From contig JAFXSD010000007.1 in the NCBI GenBank assembly GCA_017525905.1, positions 3,531 through 67,530 on the forward strand: a stretch of 64,000 nucleotides of DNA. Reading direction: 5' to 3'. The translations under genes were made by a program, and so were the position numbers. This document shows, piece by piece, positions 18,061 to 28,187 of the stretch; position 1 is the stretch's first letter, and every line of letters begins with the position of its first letter. Source of the DNA: Elusimicrobiota bacterium. Lineage in GTDB: Bacteria; Elusimicrobiota; Endomicrobiia; Endomicrobiales; Endomicrobiaceae. The notes under the pieces were generated by a model. It made no database searches. It was given only the letters and a program-made list of their open reading frames with translations, and was not told the DNA's origin.

Positions 18061-18702
18061 ATGAAAACGAAATTGATAGAAAATAACAGTAATGATTTGG
18101 TTGTGTTTTTAACAGGTTGGGGATGCGACGATAACCAGTTTAAAAATTTTTCTTCAAGCAAAAATTTGCTGTTGTGTTGGGACTATTGTACATTGGATTT
18201 TGAGTTTGATTTCAGTAAATATAATAAAGTAAGTTTATTAACTTATTCTGCGGGCGTTTTGACAGCATGTTTGTTGCAAGATAAATTTCCTGAATTCGAT
18301 AAAAAAGTTGCAGTAAACGGTAATCCGTTAATGACAGATAAGAAGTTTGGAATAAGCAAAAAAATTATAGATTTAATGTTGAACTTAAATTTAGATAACT
18401 GCATGGACTTTATATCAACCTATCTTGTCCACGATGAACAAGAAATGAAGAAATTCCTTTCTACACCTTCTTACAGACCGTTTGAAAGTTCAAAACAAGA
18501 GTTGATAAAATTGCAGGAGTATTGTAATTTAAAGTTTAAACCTGTGGACTTTGATAAAGTGATTTTGTCCGATAACGATAAAGTATTTAATCCGGCTACG
18601 CAACAGGAATATTTTAAAGGTAATTTTGTGTTGCTGAAAAATGCGTCACATCATACACCGTTTTTGCGATTTAGTTCCGTTGATGAAATTTTTAATTTGT
18701 AG
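18061..18702 (+). CDS. bioG: DUF452/BioG-like esterase (pimeloyl-ACP methyl ester esterase family)
   Basis: It is collinear with my recollection of Haemophilus BioG: MKTK..., LVVFLTGWG, LLLCWDY, FEFDFS, the nucleophile elbow YSAGV, AVNG, and DKVFNPATQ. Confidence 0.6.
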   Translation: MKTKLIENNSNDLVVFLTGWGCDDNQFKNFSSSKNLLLCWDYCTLDFEFDFSKYNKVSLLTYSAGVLTACLLQDKFPEFDKKVAVNGNPLMTDKKFGISKKIIDLMLNLNLDNCMDFISTYLVHDEQEMKKFLSTPSYRPFESSKQELIKLQEYCNLKFKPVDFDKVILSDNDKVFNPATQQEYFKGNFVLLKNASHHTPFLRFSSVDEIFNL

Positions 18703-18717
18703 GTAAAAAGAGGAAAA

Positions 18718-19347
18718 ATGAATCCAAACCCAAACAAAATATTTCCTAACAGAAAACTTAAAACAATAACAAATGTTAAACCTGCGATAAAAAACAAAAA
18801 TATTATTGTCGGAGACTTTACTTATTTTGCCGATACAGATTTTGAAAAGCATGTGACACACCACTATGATTTTATCGGTGACAAACTTATAATAGGAAAA
18901 TTTTGTCAGATAGCTGCAGGTGTAAATTTTATAATGAACGGTGCAAACCATCAAATGAATGCGGTTACAACTTTTCCTTTTTATATTTTTGAAGGGTGGA
19001 AACAACAAGTTCCGCCGTTAAACAAAATGCCTTTAAAAGGTGATACAATAATAGGAAACGATGTTTGGATAGGACAAAATGTAACAATTTTGCCGGGAGT
19101 ACATATCGGAGACGGAGCAATTATAGGATTAAATTCCGTTGTAGGAAGTGATATTGCTCCATATACGATAGTTGCAGGTAATCCTGCAAAAGTAATAAGA
19201 AAAAGATTTGATAATCAGTTGATAAAATTGTTGCTTAAGTTAAAATGGTGGGATAAGAGCATAAAAGAAATTAACGACTTAATCCCGATTTTAACGGATA
19301 ACAACTTGGCAGAAGTTAAGAAATTTCTAAAAAAATATTTGGCTTAA
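18718..19347 (+). CDS. vat: Vat-family xenobiotic (streptogramin A-type) O-acetyltransferase, hexapeptide repeat
   Basis: Similarity to remembered VatD runs end to end: NPNPNKIFP, IGKFCQIAAGVNFIMNGANH, KGDTIIGNDVWIG, GDGAIIG, GNPAKVIRKRFD and KWWD. Confidence 0.8.
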   Translation: MNPNPNKIFPNRKLKTITNVKPAIKNKNIIVGDFTYFADTDFEKHVTHHYDFIGDKLIIGKFCQIAAGVNFIMNGANHQMNAVTTFPFYIFEGWKQQVPPLNKMPLKGDTIIGNDVWIGQNVTILPGVHIGDGAIIGLNSVVGSDIAPYTIVAGNPAKVIRKRFDNQLIKLLLKLKWWDKSIKEINDLIPILTDNNLAEVKKFLKKYLA

Positions 19348-19361
19348 TATAGGAGAAAAGT

Positions 19362-20030
19362 ATGGCTATTAATATTCACAAGAGTAAAGAAAATATCGAT
19401 ATCGAAGAAGCTCTCGGAGTAATTTGGACTTCTCTTCAAAGAAACGAAGACGATTTCGACAAAGTTTCCGAAACAATAGAGAAAGGTGTATCACAAAACA
19501 TAACCAATATTCTTTTGGAAAAGAATTTTATAATTAAAGAAAAAAACAAAATAAAACTTACGGCTTCCGGTGAAGATTTAGGGAAACAGCTTACAAGAAG
19601 ACACAGACTTACCGAAAGATTGTTAGCCGACGTTTTGGATTTTAACAGACAAGACATAGAAAAAATTGCCTGTGATTTGGAACATAACCTTTCCACCGAT
19701 TTGGCAGACTCTATCTGTACATTGCTCGGACATCCAAAACAATGTCCGCACGGAAACCCGATTCCTGAAGGGAACTGTTGTAAAAATTCGAGCAGCAAAA
19801 TAGAATCCATAGTTGTTCCTTTATCAAAAATAGATATTGCAGAAGAGGTAACTCTTTCGTACATAGTTACAACAAATCACGACTATATGCACAAACTTTT
19901 ATCTATCGGATTGGTTCCCGGAACAAAAATAAAACTGCATCAAAAGTTCCCTACATATATCGTGAAAGTTAACGAAACGCAAATTGCTTTAGACGGTGAA
20001 GTTGCAAATCTTATTTATGTAAGAAAATAA
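19362..20030 (+). CDS. DtxR/MntR-family metal-dependent transcriptional regulator with a C-terminal FeoA/SH3-like domain
   Basis: It has TRRHRLTERLLADVL, HxxxCPHG metal ligands, and a C-terminal FeoA-like beta segment. Confidence 0.8.
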   Translation: MAINIHKSKENIDIEEALGVIWTSLQRNEDDFDKVSETIEKGVSQNITNILLEKNFIIKEKNKIKLTASGEDLGKQLTRRHRLTERLLADVLDFNRQDIEKIACDLEHNLSTDLADSICTLLGHPKQCPHGNPIPEGNCCKNSSSKIESIVVPLSKIDIAEEVTLSYIVTTNHDYMHKLLSIGLVPGTKIKLHQKFPTYIVKVNETQIALDGEVANLIYVRK

Positions 20031-20058
20031 AATTGTAAAGTTTTGTATAATTTAGAAT

Positions 20059-20517
20059 ATGAAAGTTTTAAAGATTATAATATTAACATTATTGATAACA
20101 TTTTTACTGTTTGTAGCGTCTGTTTATATAACTTTTAAATATATCCTCACTCCCGAACGAATAAAAAGTTATGTGCGAACTTATATAGAAACAACTATAA
20201 GCGAACAGTTTGAAAAATATAAAAAAGAACTGTTGGACAAATTATTTTCTTCAGGATTTATAATCAGCAAGGAACAAAAATCCGAAGTTAACAAAGATAA
20301 AAAACTCGATGACAATATTGAAAGTGTTGATGTGTTGGAAAAATCCGAAGATGACAATTTGGAAGGTGCAAAAATTACCAAAACGGAGATATTGCAGGGT
20401 ATAAATGATGTGAATGTGTTGACGGCAAAAGTGTTCAGCGACGTAAATACAAAAATGGAAAAATTGAAATATAAAGTAACCGAATATTTTGAAAACAAAG
20501 GTACAAAAGAGGAATAA
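20059..20517 (+). CDS. Membrane-anchored hypothetical protein
   Basis: It has a single N-terminal TM helix and an acidic coiled-coil-like tail. I recognise no family. Confidence 0.5.
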   Translation: MKVLKIIILTLLITFLLFVASVYITFKYILTPERIKSYVRTYIETTISEQFEKYKKELLDKLFSSGFIISKEQKSEVNKDKKLDDNIESVDVLEKSEDDNLEGAKITKTEILQGINDVNVLTAKVFSDVNTKMEKLKYKVTEYFENKGTKEE

Positions 20518-20518
20518 A

Positions 20519-21871
20519 ATGTTTAACGGAAAACAAAAAATACATTTTGTAGGTATCGGCGGATCAGGTATGAGCGGAATTGCCGAAGTTGCACTTAATT
20601 TAGGTCATCAGGTTTCCGGTTCCGATATAAAAAAAACGGAAGTAACACAAAGATTAAAAGAGTTGGGTGCAAAAATATATATAGGTCATAAAGCCGAAAA
20701 TGTGAAAAATGTGGATGTTGTTGTAACATCCACCGCAATTTCAAAAGACAATCCCGAAGTTAAACAGGCAATAAAAGAAAAAATAATTATTATTCCAAGA
20801 ATTGAAATGCTTGCGGAACTTGCAAGATTAAAATATACAATTACCATTGCGGGAACTCACGGAAAAACAACAACGACATCAATTACATCCATGATATTGG
20901 ACGAAGGCGGATTTGATCCCACCATAGTTATCGGCGGTAAATTAAAAAATTTAAAAACTAATGCTCGACTGGGGAAAGGGGAATATATAATCGCCGAAGC
21001 AGATGAATCCGACGGTTCTTTTTTAAAGTTGTCTCCGGTTTTAACGATTGTTACAAATATAGATAACGATCATCTCGACTATTACGGTTCTATGGATAAC
21101 TTAAAACAGGCTTTTATTAAACATATAAACAGCCTGCCTTTTTACGGTTGTGCAATGGTTTGTACCGACAGCCCTTTAGTAAAAGAAATTTTACCGTATG
21201 CAACAAGAAAGTATATTACTTACGGTTTTAAAGGAAATCCCGATATAACTGCTAAAGATATAACCGTTGTTAACGGTAACACTGAATATACAGTTATTTA
21301 TAAAGGAAAAAAATTAGGGAAAATTTTATTAAAAGTTCCCGGTGAACATAATGTGTTGAATTCTTTAGCGGCAATCGGTATCGGGTTACAATTCGATATA
21401 CCGTTTGTGACAATAAAAAATGCACTCTTTAAATTCGGCGGAGTAGGCAGAAGACTTGAAGTTAAAGGTGAGAAGAAAGGTATAACCGTTATAGACGATT
21501 ACGGTCACCATCCTACCGAAATAAATGCAACGCTTTCCGCGTTAAAGCATAATTATCCGCACAAAAGGTTGGTTACAATATTCCAACCGCACAGATATAC
21601 AAGAACTCAAAATTTGTATAAAGAGTTCGGTAAGGCGCTTAAAAAAGCCGATATTGTTTATGTTATGGATATTTATGCCGCAAGTGAAAAGCCGATAAAA
21701 GGTGTGACGGCGGATTTAATTATAGATTCGGCAAAACAAAACAAATGTAATGTTTGTAAGTTCACTGATATAAATTCCGTTGCCAAAACATTGAAAGAAA
21801 ACGATATTTTGTTAACGCTCGGTGCCGGAAATGTTTGGCAGCAGGGAGAAGAATTATTAAAAATAATATAG
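20519..21871 (+). CDS. murC: UDP-N-acetylmuramate--L-alanine ligase MurC
   Basis: It has HFVGIGGSGMSG and GTHGKTTTTS. I prefer the ATG at 20519, which sits behind an AGAGGA Shine-Dalgarno just after the previous stop. Confidence 0.93.
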   Translation: MFNGKQKIHFVGIGGSGMSGIAEVALNLGHQVSGSDIKKTEVTQRLKELGAKIYIGHKAENVKNVDVVVTSTAISKDNPEVKQAIKEKIIIIPRIEMLAELARLKYTITIAGTHGKTTTTSITSMILDEGGFDPTIVIGGKLKNLKTNARLGKGEYIIAEADESDGSFLKLSPVLTIVTNIDNDHLDYYGSMDNLKQAFIKHINSLPFYGCAMVCTDSPLVKEILPYATRKYITYGFKGNPDITAKDITVVNGNTEYTVIYKGKKLGKILLKVPGEHNVLNSLAAIGIGLQFDIPFVTIKNALFKFGGVGRRLEVKGEKKGITVIDDYGHHPTEINATLSALKHNYPHKRLVTIFQPHRYTRTQNLYKEFGKALKKADIVYVMDIYAASEKPIKGVTADLIIDSAKQNKCNVCKFTDINSVAKTLKENDILLTLGAGNVWQQGEELLKII

Positions 21872-22782
21872 AAGAATATTTGTTATCGATAAAATGTAAT
21901 TACAAGTGTAACGAACCGTTATCAAAACACACAACATTGTGTATAGGCGGTACCGCGGATTTTTTTGTTGAAGTTGAAACCGAAAAACAATTAATATCGT
22001 TATTAAAATTTATAAATGAAAATAAAATAAAATTTTTTGTTATTGGCGGCGGTTCAAATATTTTGTTTAGCGATGAAGGTTTTAGAGGAATAGTAATAAA
22101 ACTTTCGTCAAATTCAAACAGTGAATTCGGAAAAGTGGAAACTTGTGAAGGTAAAGAAAAACAGAATACGGAATATGTTTGTTGCGGCAGTGCCGTAAAT
22201 TTAGCTTATGCGGCAAGAAAAACCGCCGAACAAGGTTTAAGCGGGTTGGAATATATTTCATCAATACCCGGAACCGTAGGCGGTGCGGTTTTTGGAAATG
22301 CAGGAGTAAAAGAGAGTTCCGTTTCCGATGTAATTGAAAAAATAGAAGTTGTTGATTATTTCGGTAATAAAGAAATTTTAAATAAAAAAGATATAAGATT
22401 TGAATACAGAAAAAGTAATTTGGAAGACTGTATTATAACCAGGGTTTTTTTTATCTTGAAAAATGCTGATAAAAATGATATTTTAAAGACGATTTCACAA
22501 CAACTTGAAAGAAGAAAAAAATCACAACCAATCGGTACTAAAAATGCAGGGTGTATATTTAAGAACCCTAAAGATGACAGTGCGGGAAGACTTATAGATT
22601 CGCTAAACCTTAAACATTATAATGTCGGAGATATAGAGATATCCGATATACATGCAAATTTCTTTATTAATAAAAACAACGGTTGTGCAAAAGATATGTT
22701 AAGTTTAATTGAATTCGTAAAAAATGAAATTTATAAAAAATATAATATAAAACTTGAAACGGAAATAAGAATAATAAAATGA
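21835..22782 (+). CDS. murB: UDP-N-acetylenolpyruvoylglucosamine reductase MurB
   Basis: It has NEPLSKHTTLCIGGTADFF and an FAD-binding fold. The start is uncertain: the ATG at 21835 overlaps murC by 37 nt, and the TTG at 21880 is an alternative. Confidence 0.88.
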   Translation: MAAGRRIIKNNIEEYLLSIKCNYKCNEPLSKHTTLCIGGTADFFVEVETEKQLISLLKFINENKIKFFVIGGGSNILFSDEGFRGIVIKLSSNSNSEFGKVETCEGKEKQNTEYVCCGSAVNLAYAARKTAEQGLSGLEYISSIPGTVGGAVFGNAGVKESSVSDVIEKIEVVDYFGNKEILNKKDIRFEYRKSNLEDCIITRVFFILKNADKNDILKTISQQLERRKKSQPIGTKNAGCIFKNPKDDSAGRLIDSLNLKHYNVGDIEISDIHANFFINKNNGCAKDMLSLIEFVKNEIYKKYNIKLETEIRIIK

Positions 22783-23678
22783 TAAATTTAAAAAACAAAA
22801 AAATAGGTGTGTTGTGCGGCGGAACATCGTCGGAAAGAGAAATTTCTTTAATGTCCGGTAAAGAAGTGTATAATGCAATAAAAAAGTTGGGTTTTAAGGT
22901 TGTTTTGATAGATGTGAATAAAAATGTCGCAGAAAAATTAAAAAAAGAAAAAATAGATGTTGCATATATAACTCTTCACGGAACACCGGGTGAAGACGGT
23001 ACGATTCAAGGTATGCTTGAAGTTATGGGAATACCTTACACGGGTTGCGGAGTTTTTTCCAGTTCGGCAACAATAGATAAAATAATATCAAAAAAAATGT
23101 TTGAATATGCAAAAATTCCCACAGCCGAATGGACAATAATAGAAAAATTAAAACCTTTTGATGAAATATCTTATCCCGTGGTTGTAAAACCCGCATCACA
23201 AGGTTCTGCAATAGGGATATCGATAGTAAAAAATAAAAAAGAATTTGAAAAAGCGGTAAAACTTGCTTTTTCTTATGAAGACAGAATATTGGTGGAAAAA
23301 TATATTAAAGGTGTTGAAGTTACGGCGGGAGTGTTAAACGGCAGAGCATTACCGGTAATAGAAATAGTTCCCAAGGGTAAATTTTATGATTTTAAATCTA
23401 AATATACCGTGGGACAATCCACACATATTATTCCTGCAAGATTGTCGGAAAAGGTGTTGAAGAAAATACAAAATATTGCACTTAAAGTTTATGATGAATT
23501 CAGATGTAACGGAACGTGCAGAGTTGATATGATAGTAGATAAGAAAAATAATATATATGTTTTGGAAGTTAACACTTTACCCGGAATGACAAAAACATCT
23601 TTGTTTCCGGATGCGGCAAGAAGTATGGGATTGAGTTTTGAAGATTTAATATTGGAAATTTTGAAATCGGCAAAATAA
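22779..23678 (+). CDS. ddl: D-alanine--D-alanine ligase
   Basis: It has GGTSSEREISLMSG, an ATP-grasp fold and EVNTLPGMT. The start overlaps the murB stop as ATGA. Confidence 0.93.
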   Translation: MINLKNKKIGVLCGGTSSEREISLMSGKEVYNAIKKLGFKVVLIDVNKNVAEKLKKEKIDVAYITLHGTPGEDGTIQGMLEVMGIPYTGCGVFSSSATIDKIISKKMFEYAKIPTAEWTIIEKLKPFDEISYPVVVKPASQGSAIGISIVKNKKEFEKAVKLAFSYEDRILVEKYIKGVEVTAGVLNGRALPVIEIVPKGKFYDFKSKYTVGQSTHIIPARLSEKVLKKIQNIALKVYDEFRCNGTCRVDMIVDKKNNIYVLEVNTLPGMTKTSLFPDAARSMGLSFEDLILEILKSAK

Positions 23679-23679
23679 A

Positions 23680-24594
23680 ATGGCTATAAAAATAATTAAA
23701 GATAAAGCACCAAAAAAAAGAAAACCCATAAAAAAAACCGTCAACAAAAAAGCTAAAAGCGGTTATACGACAAGACATACCGATTTGGCTATGACATACG
23801 GCAGTATAAGTATAGGAAGAGGCAGAAAAAAGAGTTTAAGTAAAAAAATATTCAAAAAAATATTTAAGTTGCTTTTTGTCGGTTGTTTGGCTTTTGCTTC
23901 GTTTTTCGCTTATAATCATTTAATGTCATATTTATGTACTCTCGACAGATTTTTTATAGATTCAATAGAAATCACAGGTTGTAACAATGTTACGGAATCA
24001 GAAATAAAAAAATTGATACCTTTTGAAGTCGGAGACAGTTCTTTTGCGGTAAGATTGGGACAAGCCGAAAAAGAAATGAAAGAATATAAATCCGAATTAA
24101 AAGATATTTCAATGTCCAGGCATAATTGGGGAAAGAAAATAGTTGTTTCTTTAACCGAAAGAGTGCCGGAAGTGTTTGTCAGTATAGACGATAAAAATTT
24201 CGGACTCGATTTCGATAATAAGCCGTTCAGCTTAAGAGGAAATATGTTTGACATGAAAATTCCCACATTAAAATTTGCCGATATTGAACAGAGAACTTTT
24301 CTTCTTAACTTTTATAAGAAGATAAAAAAATATGTTCCGAATTTGGTTCCGGAAATTACGGAAATAAAATACGGAGAAATCGATGATATAGTTCTGACAC
24401 TGAATAACAGAACCGCTGTTTATTGGGGATTACCGAAAGAAAATAAAAACAAAGAAAAAACCGATAAATTACAACAAATTTTAAGCGATTTATCCAAAAA
24501 GAATAAAGAAGCTAAAAATATAGATTTAAGTTTTATTGATGACGATAAAAACAGAGTTATCGTAAAACTTTTTGTTGAACAAGAAGGAGTTTAG
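23680..24594 (+). CDS. ftsQ: Cell division protein FtsQ (POTRA) with a basic cytoplasmic N-terminus
   Basis: It sits in the expected position in the dcw cluster. It has a single TM helix, then a POTRA-like segment (IDSIEITGCNNVTESEI). Confidence 0.75.
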   Translation: MAIKIIKDKAPKKRKPIKKTVNKKAKSGYTTRHTDLAMTYGSISIGRGRKKSLSKKIFKKIFKLLFVGCLAFASFFAYNHLMSYLCTLDRFFIDSIEITGCNNVTESEIKKLIPFEVGDSSFAVRLGQAEKEMKEYKSELKDISMSRHNWGKKIVVSLTERVPEVFVSIDDKNFGLDFDNKPFSLRGNMFDMKIPTLKFADIEQRTFLLNFYKKIKKYVPNLVPEITEIKYGEIDDIVLTLNNRTAVYWGLPKENKNKEKTDKLQQILSDLSKKNKEAKNIDLSFIDDDKNRVIVKLFVEQEGV

Positions 24595-24596
24595 CA

Positions 24597-25826
24597 ATGG
24601 AAAAAGCAGATGCTATTATAAGTTTAGATTTGGGTACCAATTCTATTCACGGTGTAATTGCACAAATAAACGATGAAAATAAAATAGAGATTTTATCTGC
24701 CGATACTTTTTTATCGGACGGAGTAAGAAACGGAGTGATTTCCGATATCAGTGCCGCAGAGTTTACGGTGCATAAATTTTATACAAAAGCCGAAGATGAT
24801 TTTCATATTGAAAATTCCGATTTATTATGTGCCGTCAGAGGTTCTTTGATAGAAGTTACAACAGCCAATACAAGAGTAAGAATTGATGAAGAAGAAGGCG
24901 GAATAGTTACGGAAGATACTATTTCCGAAATTATAGAAAGGTTGGAAGAAGGAAACAAAATTCCCGATACAAAAGAGATAATTGATATAATTCCTCAACA
25001 GTATAAGATAGATGAACAGGTTGTTTCAAACCCGGTAAGAATGAGCGGTAAATTTTTGGAACTTACGGCTCTTATGATTTACGGAACAAAAAGCAACATG
25101 TCTAATATTAAACAGGCAACCGGCGGATATAAATTGAAATACGGATACAGTGCAATTTCCGATACGTTGGTTTCAAATGACGATAAAGAGTTGGGTTGCA
25201 TATTGGTGGATATCGGCGGTATGACTACCGGCATAGTTGTGTATGCGGAAGGTAAACTGAAATATTCTTTTGAATTAAATTTCGGTTCCGATTATATCAC
25301 AAGAGATATTGCCGCAAGACTTAAAATTACCAAAAGAGAAGCCACAAATATAAAAGAAAAATACGGTGTTATATTGGAAGAACTTATAAGTGAAAATACG
25401 GAATTTGAATATACCGTTCCCGGCAACAAAACACAAAAATTTACCGTAAGAGAATTGGTAGATATAATAAAACCTCAAGTAGAGACACAGTTGGAGCAAA
25501 TATTAAAAAATTTTAAACAAAGAGGTATAAGACCATCGGAATTTGTCGGAGGCTTTATACTTACCGGCGGCGGTTCTTTGCTTAAAGGAATGCCGGAAGC
25601 TTTTTCAAAATATTTTGAATCTGTTGCAAAATGTGCAACATTTACCGACGAAGATTTTGTTTGCTCGGATGATAATATAATTAATTCTCAAACTTATACT
25701 ACAGCACTTGCCATACTTAAAAACAGTTTAAAAACTTTAACGCCGACTGCATTGGAAAAAGGAAAGAGAAGTTCTAAAAAATCATTTTCACAAACAATTA
25801 AATCGTGGTTTAACAATTTAAGATAA
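24597..25826 (+). CDS. ftsA: Cell division protein FtsA
   Basis: It has the actin-like ATPase motifs LDLGTNSIHGV, VDIGGMTTG and LTGGGSLLKG, and it lies upstream of ftsZ. Confidence 0.92.
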   Translation: MEKADAIISLDLGTNSIHGVIAQINDENKIEILSADTFLSDGVRNGVISDISAAEFTVHKFYTKAEDDFHIENSDLLCAVRGSLIEVTTANTRVRIDEEEGGIVTEDTISEIIERLEEGNKIPDTKEIIDIIPQQYKIDEQVVSNPVRMSGKFLELTALMIYGTKSNMSNIKQATGGYKLKYGYSAISDTLVSNDDKELGCILVDIGGMTTGIVVYAEGKLKYSFELNFGSDYITRDIAARLKITKREATNIKEKYGVILEELISENTEFEYTVPGNKTQKFTVRELVDIIKPQVETQLEQILKNFKQRGIRPSEFVGGFILTGGGSLLKGMPEAFSKYFESVAKCATFTDEDFVCSDDNIINSQTYTTALAILKNSLKTLTPTALEKGKRSSKKSFSQTIKSWFNNLR

Positions 25827-25846
25827 GATTTCAACGGAGTATTAAT

Positions 25847-27022
25847 ATGGAAAATTTGGAAATAAGGTTCCCGGAACAGCAATTTGTAAAAACAAAATCG
25901 AATAACGGAAATCAGGAAAGAAATAAAAATGCAAATATTAAAATTATCGGAGTAGGCGGCGCCGGAACAAATGCCGTAAGCAGAATGGTTATGGCAAACA
26001 TTACCGGTGTTCAGTTATATGCCGTAAATACGGATATCGGCAGTCTAAAAAAATCTTCTGCAGATACAAAGGTGTCTATCGGAACAGGTTTAGGTGTAGG
26101 GGGAGATCCGATAAAAGGAGAAAGATATGCGGAAGAATCTTTGGATAAATTCAGAGATATGTTGCAGGGTGCCGATATGGTCTTTATTACAACCGGTATG
26201 GGCGGAGGAACAGGAACAGGTGCAGCTCCCATAATTGCAAGAGTTGCAAGAGAAATGGATCAAAACCTGAAAAAAATAGGTAAGCCCGGTATTTTGATAG
26301 TCGGAGTTGTTACGAGACCTTTTTCCGCGGAAGGTCCGGTAAGAGTATCAAATGCAAATAAAGGTATAGCAAACCTTAGAGAATATACGGATGCTTTGAT
26401 AATAATTCCGAACGATAAATTATTTTCTTCTTTAATAGATGAAAGAACCCACTATGAGCAGGGTTTTGCTTTTATAGATGATGTTTTAAGAAGAGCCATA
26501 GAATCCATAACGGATACAATAACAAAAACAGGTATTATAAATATAGATTTTGCCGATATTCAAGATGTTTTATCGGGAGCCGGAAATGCAATTATCGGAC
26601 TTGGTGACGGTAAGACATTGGAAGAAGCTTTTAAAAATGCAATAACAAACAAATTTGTTGAAGGCGACGATATAACCGAGTCGAGCAAACTGCTTGTAAA
26701 TATTTCATATTCCAATAACAGTTCATTTAATGTTGGAGATGTAAAGAAAATATACGATTATATACCAAAAGAGTTTAAACATTATGAATCTTTAAAAGTA
26801 GGGCATATAATAAATGATGATCTTGATACAAAAATAAGAGTATCCATCATTGCATCTTTCAAAAAAACAGAAGAAAAAGAAAAAATAAATAATGATTTAT
26901 TTGACGATGCCAAAGACAGAGAAAAAGAAGAAGAGCAACAGCAGCAACAAATACAAAACGAAGAAAATGCTGATGTGTTCGCAAGACCTGCTTACGAAAT
27001 TCACAGACCCACAAAATTATAA
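25847..27022 (+). CDS. ftsZ: Cell division GTPase FtsZ
   Basis: It has [10 protein letters not shown] and the tubulin signature [10 protein letters not shown], plus an acidic, Gln-rich linker and a C-terminal peptide. Confidence 0.97.
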   Translation: MENLEIRFPEQQFVKTKSNNGNQERNKNANIKIIGVGGAGTNAVSRMVMANITGVQLYAVNTDIGSLKKSSADTKVSIGTGLGVGGDPIKGERYAEESLDKFRDMLQGADMVFITTGMGGGTGTGAAPIIARVAREMDQNLKKIGKPGILIVGVVTRPFSAEGPVRVSNANKGIANLREYTDALIIIPNDKLFSSLIDERTHYEQGFAFIDDVLRRAIESITDTITKTGIINIDFADIQDVLSGAGNAIIGLGDGKTLEEAFKNAITNKFVEGDDITESSKLLVNISYSNNSSFNVGDVKKIYDYIPKEFKHYESLKVGHIINDDLDTKIRVSIIASFKKTEEKEKINNDLFDDAKDREKEEEQQQQQIQNEENADVFARPAYEIHRPTKL

Positions 27023-27034
27023 TAATTACTTACT

Positions 27035-27700
27035 ATGCAAAAAAATAATATTATAATTTCAGAAAATGAATTTAAGACTTTTCATTTAACCACAACAAAG
27101 TTCTGTGGAAATATGAAAAACGCGGATGAAAGAAATAGCTTTTGTAAATCCGTAAATATTGATGCAAAAAAAATAGTTTTTGCTAACCAGGTTCACGGAA
27201 CCATGGTTAAAAAAGTTTCATCTGCCGATTGCGGAACTTTTATTGCCGATTGTGACGGTTTAATAACCGATGATAAAAATATTTACCTGTGTATTTTTAC
27301 GGCGGATTGTATGCCGGTATTTTTAGCTTCAAGAGATTATTCCGTGGTTGCATTGGTTCATGCCGGTTGGAGAGGTCTTGCCGGCGGTATTATAGAAAGT
27401 GCAACAATAAAATTTTTAAAAGATTTCGGTATAAGCAGTCAGGATATTTTTGCATATGTGGGACCGCATATAGGACAATGTTGTTACCGGGTTGGGAACG
27501 AACTAAAAAAAGCTTTCAACAGACCTGACGATGAAGAATATTTTTCCTTGGCAAAAGAAGCGCAGAGACAATTTGAAAAGTTAGGTATAAAAAGATCATA
27601 TATAAATTCTCATTGTACTTGCCACGAATATGAAATGTTTTTTTCTTACAGAAGAGAACCTACCGATAAAAGAATAATGTCTTTAATTAAATGTAAATAA
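27035..27700 (+). CDS. pgeF: Peptidoglycan editing factor PgeF (YfiH/DUF152, Cu-oxidase_4 family)
   Basis: It has QVHG, TADCMPV and HAGWRG motifs, and it lies immediately downstream of ftsZ. Confidence 0.85.
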   Translation: MQKNNIIISENEFKTFHLTTTKFCGNMKNADERNSFCKSVNIDAKKIVFANQVHGTMVKKVSSADCGTFIADCDGLITDDKNIYLCIFTADCMPVFLASRDYSVVALVHAGWRGLAGGIIESATIKFLKDFGISSQDIFAYVGPHIGQCCYRVGNELKKAFNRPDDEEYFSLAKEAQRQFEKLGIKRSYINSHCTCHEYEMFFSYRREPTDKRIMSLIKCK

Positions 27701-27710
27701 GTTTATAAAT

Positions 27711-27748
27711 AAAAAAAGCTTAAGACCGGTATTTGTCTTAAACTTTTA
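27711..27748. terminator. Bidirectional terminator between pgeF and tRNA-Phe
   Basis: The stem TTAAGAC/GTCTTAA has an A7 run upstream and a T-run downstream. Confidence 0.6.
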
Positions 27749-27763
27749 AATATTTTTAAAAAG

Positions 27764-27836
27764 TGCTGAGGGGCAGAATCGAACTGCCGACACAAGGTTT
27801 TTCAGACCTTTGCTCTACCGACTGAGCTACCTCAGC
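27764..27836 (-). tRNA. tRNA-Phe (anticodon GAA), with no encoded CCA
   Basis: The reverse complement folds as a cloverleaf: acceptor GCTGAGG/CCTCAGC, D arm GCTC-AGTCGGTA-GAGC, anticodon arm AAGGT-CTGAAAA-ACCTT, T arm GGCAG-TTCGATT-CTGCC, discriminator A. Confidence 0.93.
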
Positions 27837-27847
27837 ACTTTACTTCT

Positions 27848-28177
27848 TTATTCTTGTATAAGATCTTCTGTTTTTTCTTCAACAGGAGCAACTTCTTCTT
27901 CAACTGCCGGAGCTTGTTTTTTAAAAGCTCTTGAATATCTTGCTTTTCCTTTTTCTACAAATTCGGAAACTTTTGTTTTACTTTCAGCAACAAACTTCTT
28001 GCCTTTTTCTTTTAAATCCGCACCGACTTCGCCTGCGTCTTCAACGAAATCTTCGGTTAATTTTTTCAAATGAGCTCTTGTTTCTTTTCCTGTTTTCGGA
28101 GCATACAATAAAGCTGCTGCCGCACCTACAACTGCACCTAATAAAAAAGCAAAAAGACCACTATCTCTGTTATCCAT
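27848..28177 (-). CDS. YtxH-domain protein
   Basis: The N-terminal helix GLFAFLLGAVVGAAAALLYAPKTGKETR is typical of YtxH proteins. Confidence 0.75.
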   Translation of the reverse strand: MDNRDSGLFAFLLGAVVGAAAALLYAPKTGKETRAHLKKLTEDFVEDAGEVGADLKEKGKKFVAESKTKVSEFVEKGKARYSRAFKKQAPAVEEEVAPVEEKTEDLIQE

Positions 28178-28187
28178 AATATGCCTC

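Noticed and set aside
18646-19008. Minus-strand 120-aa ORF spanning the bioG-vat junction
   Set aside because: It overlaps two plus-strand genes that have strong family signatures, and it has no motifs of its own.
27764-27836. tRNA-Phe as an integration site for an adjacent island
   Set aside because: I did not spot a duplicated copy of the tRNA 3' half nearby. The flanking genes (pgeF and ytxH) look like ordinary core genes.
27810-28179. Plus-strand ORFs 27810-28073 and 27931-28179
   Set aside because: They are antisense to the YtxH-domain gene, whose N-terminal motif is unambiguous. The plus-strand translations are low complexity.
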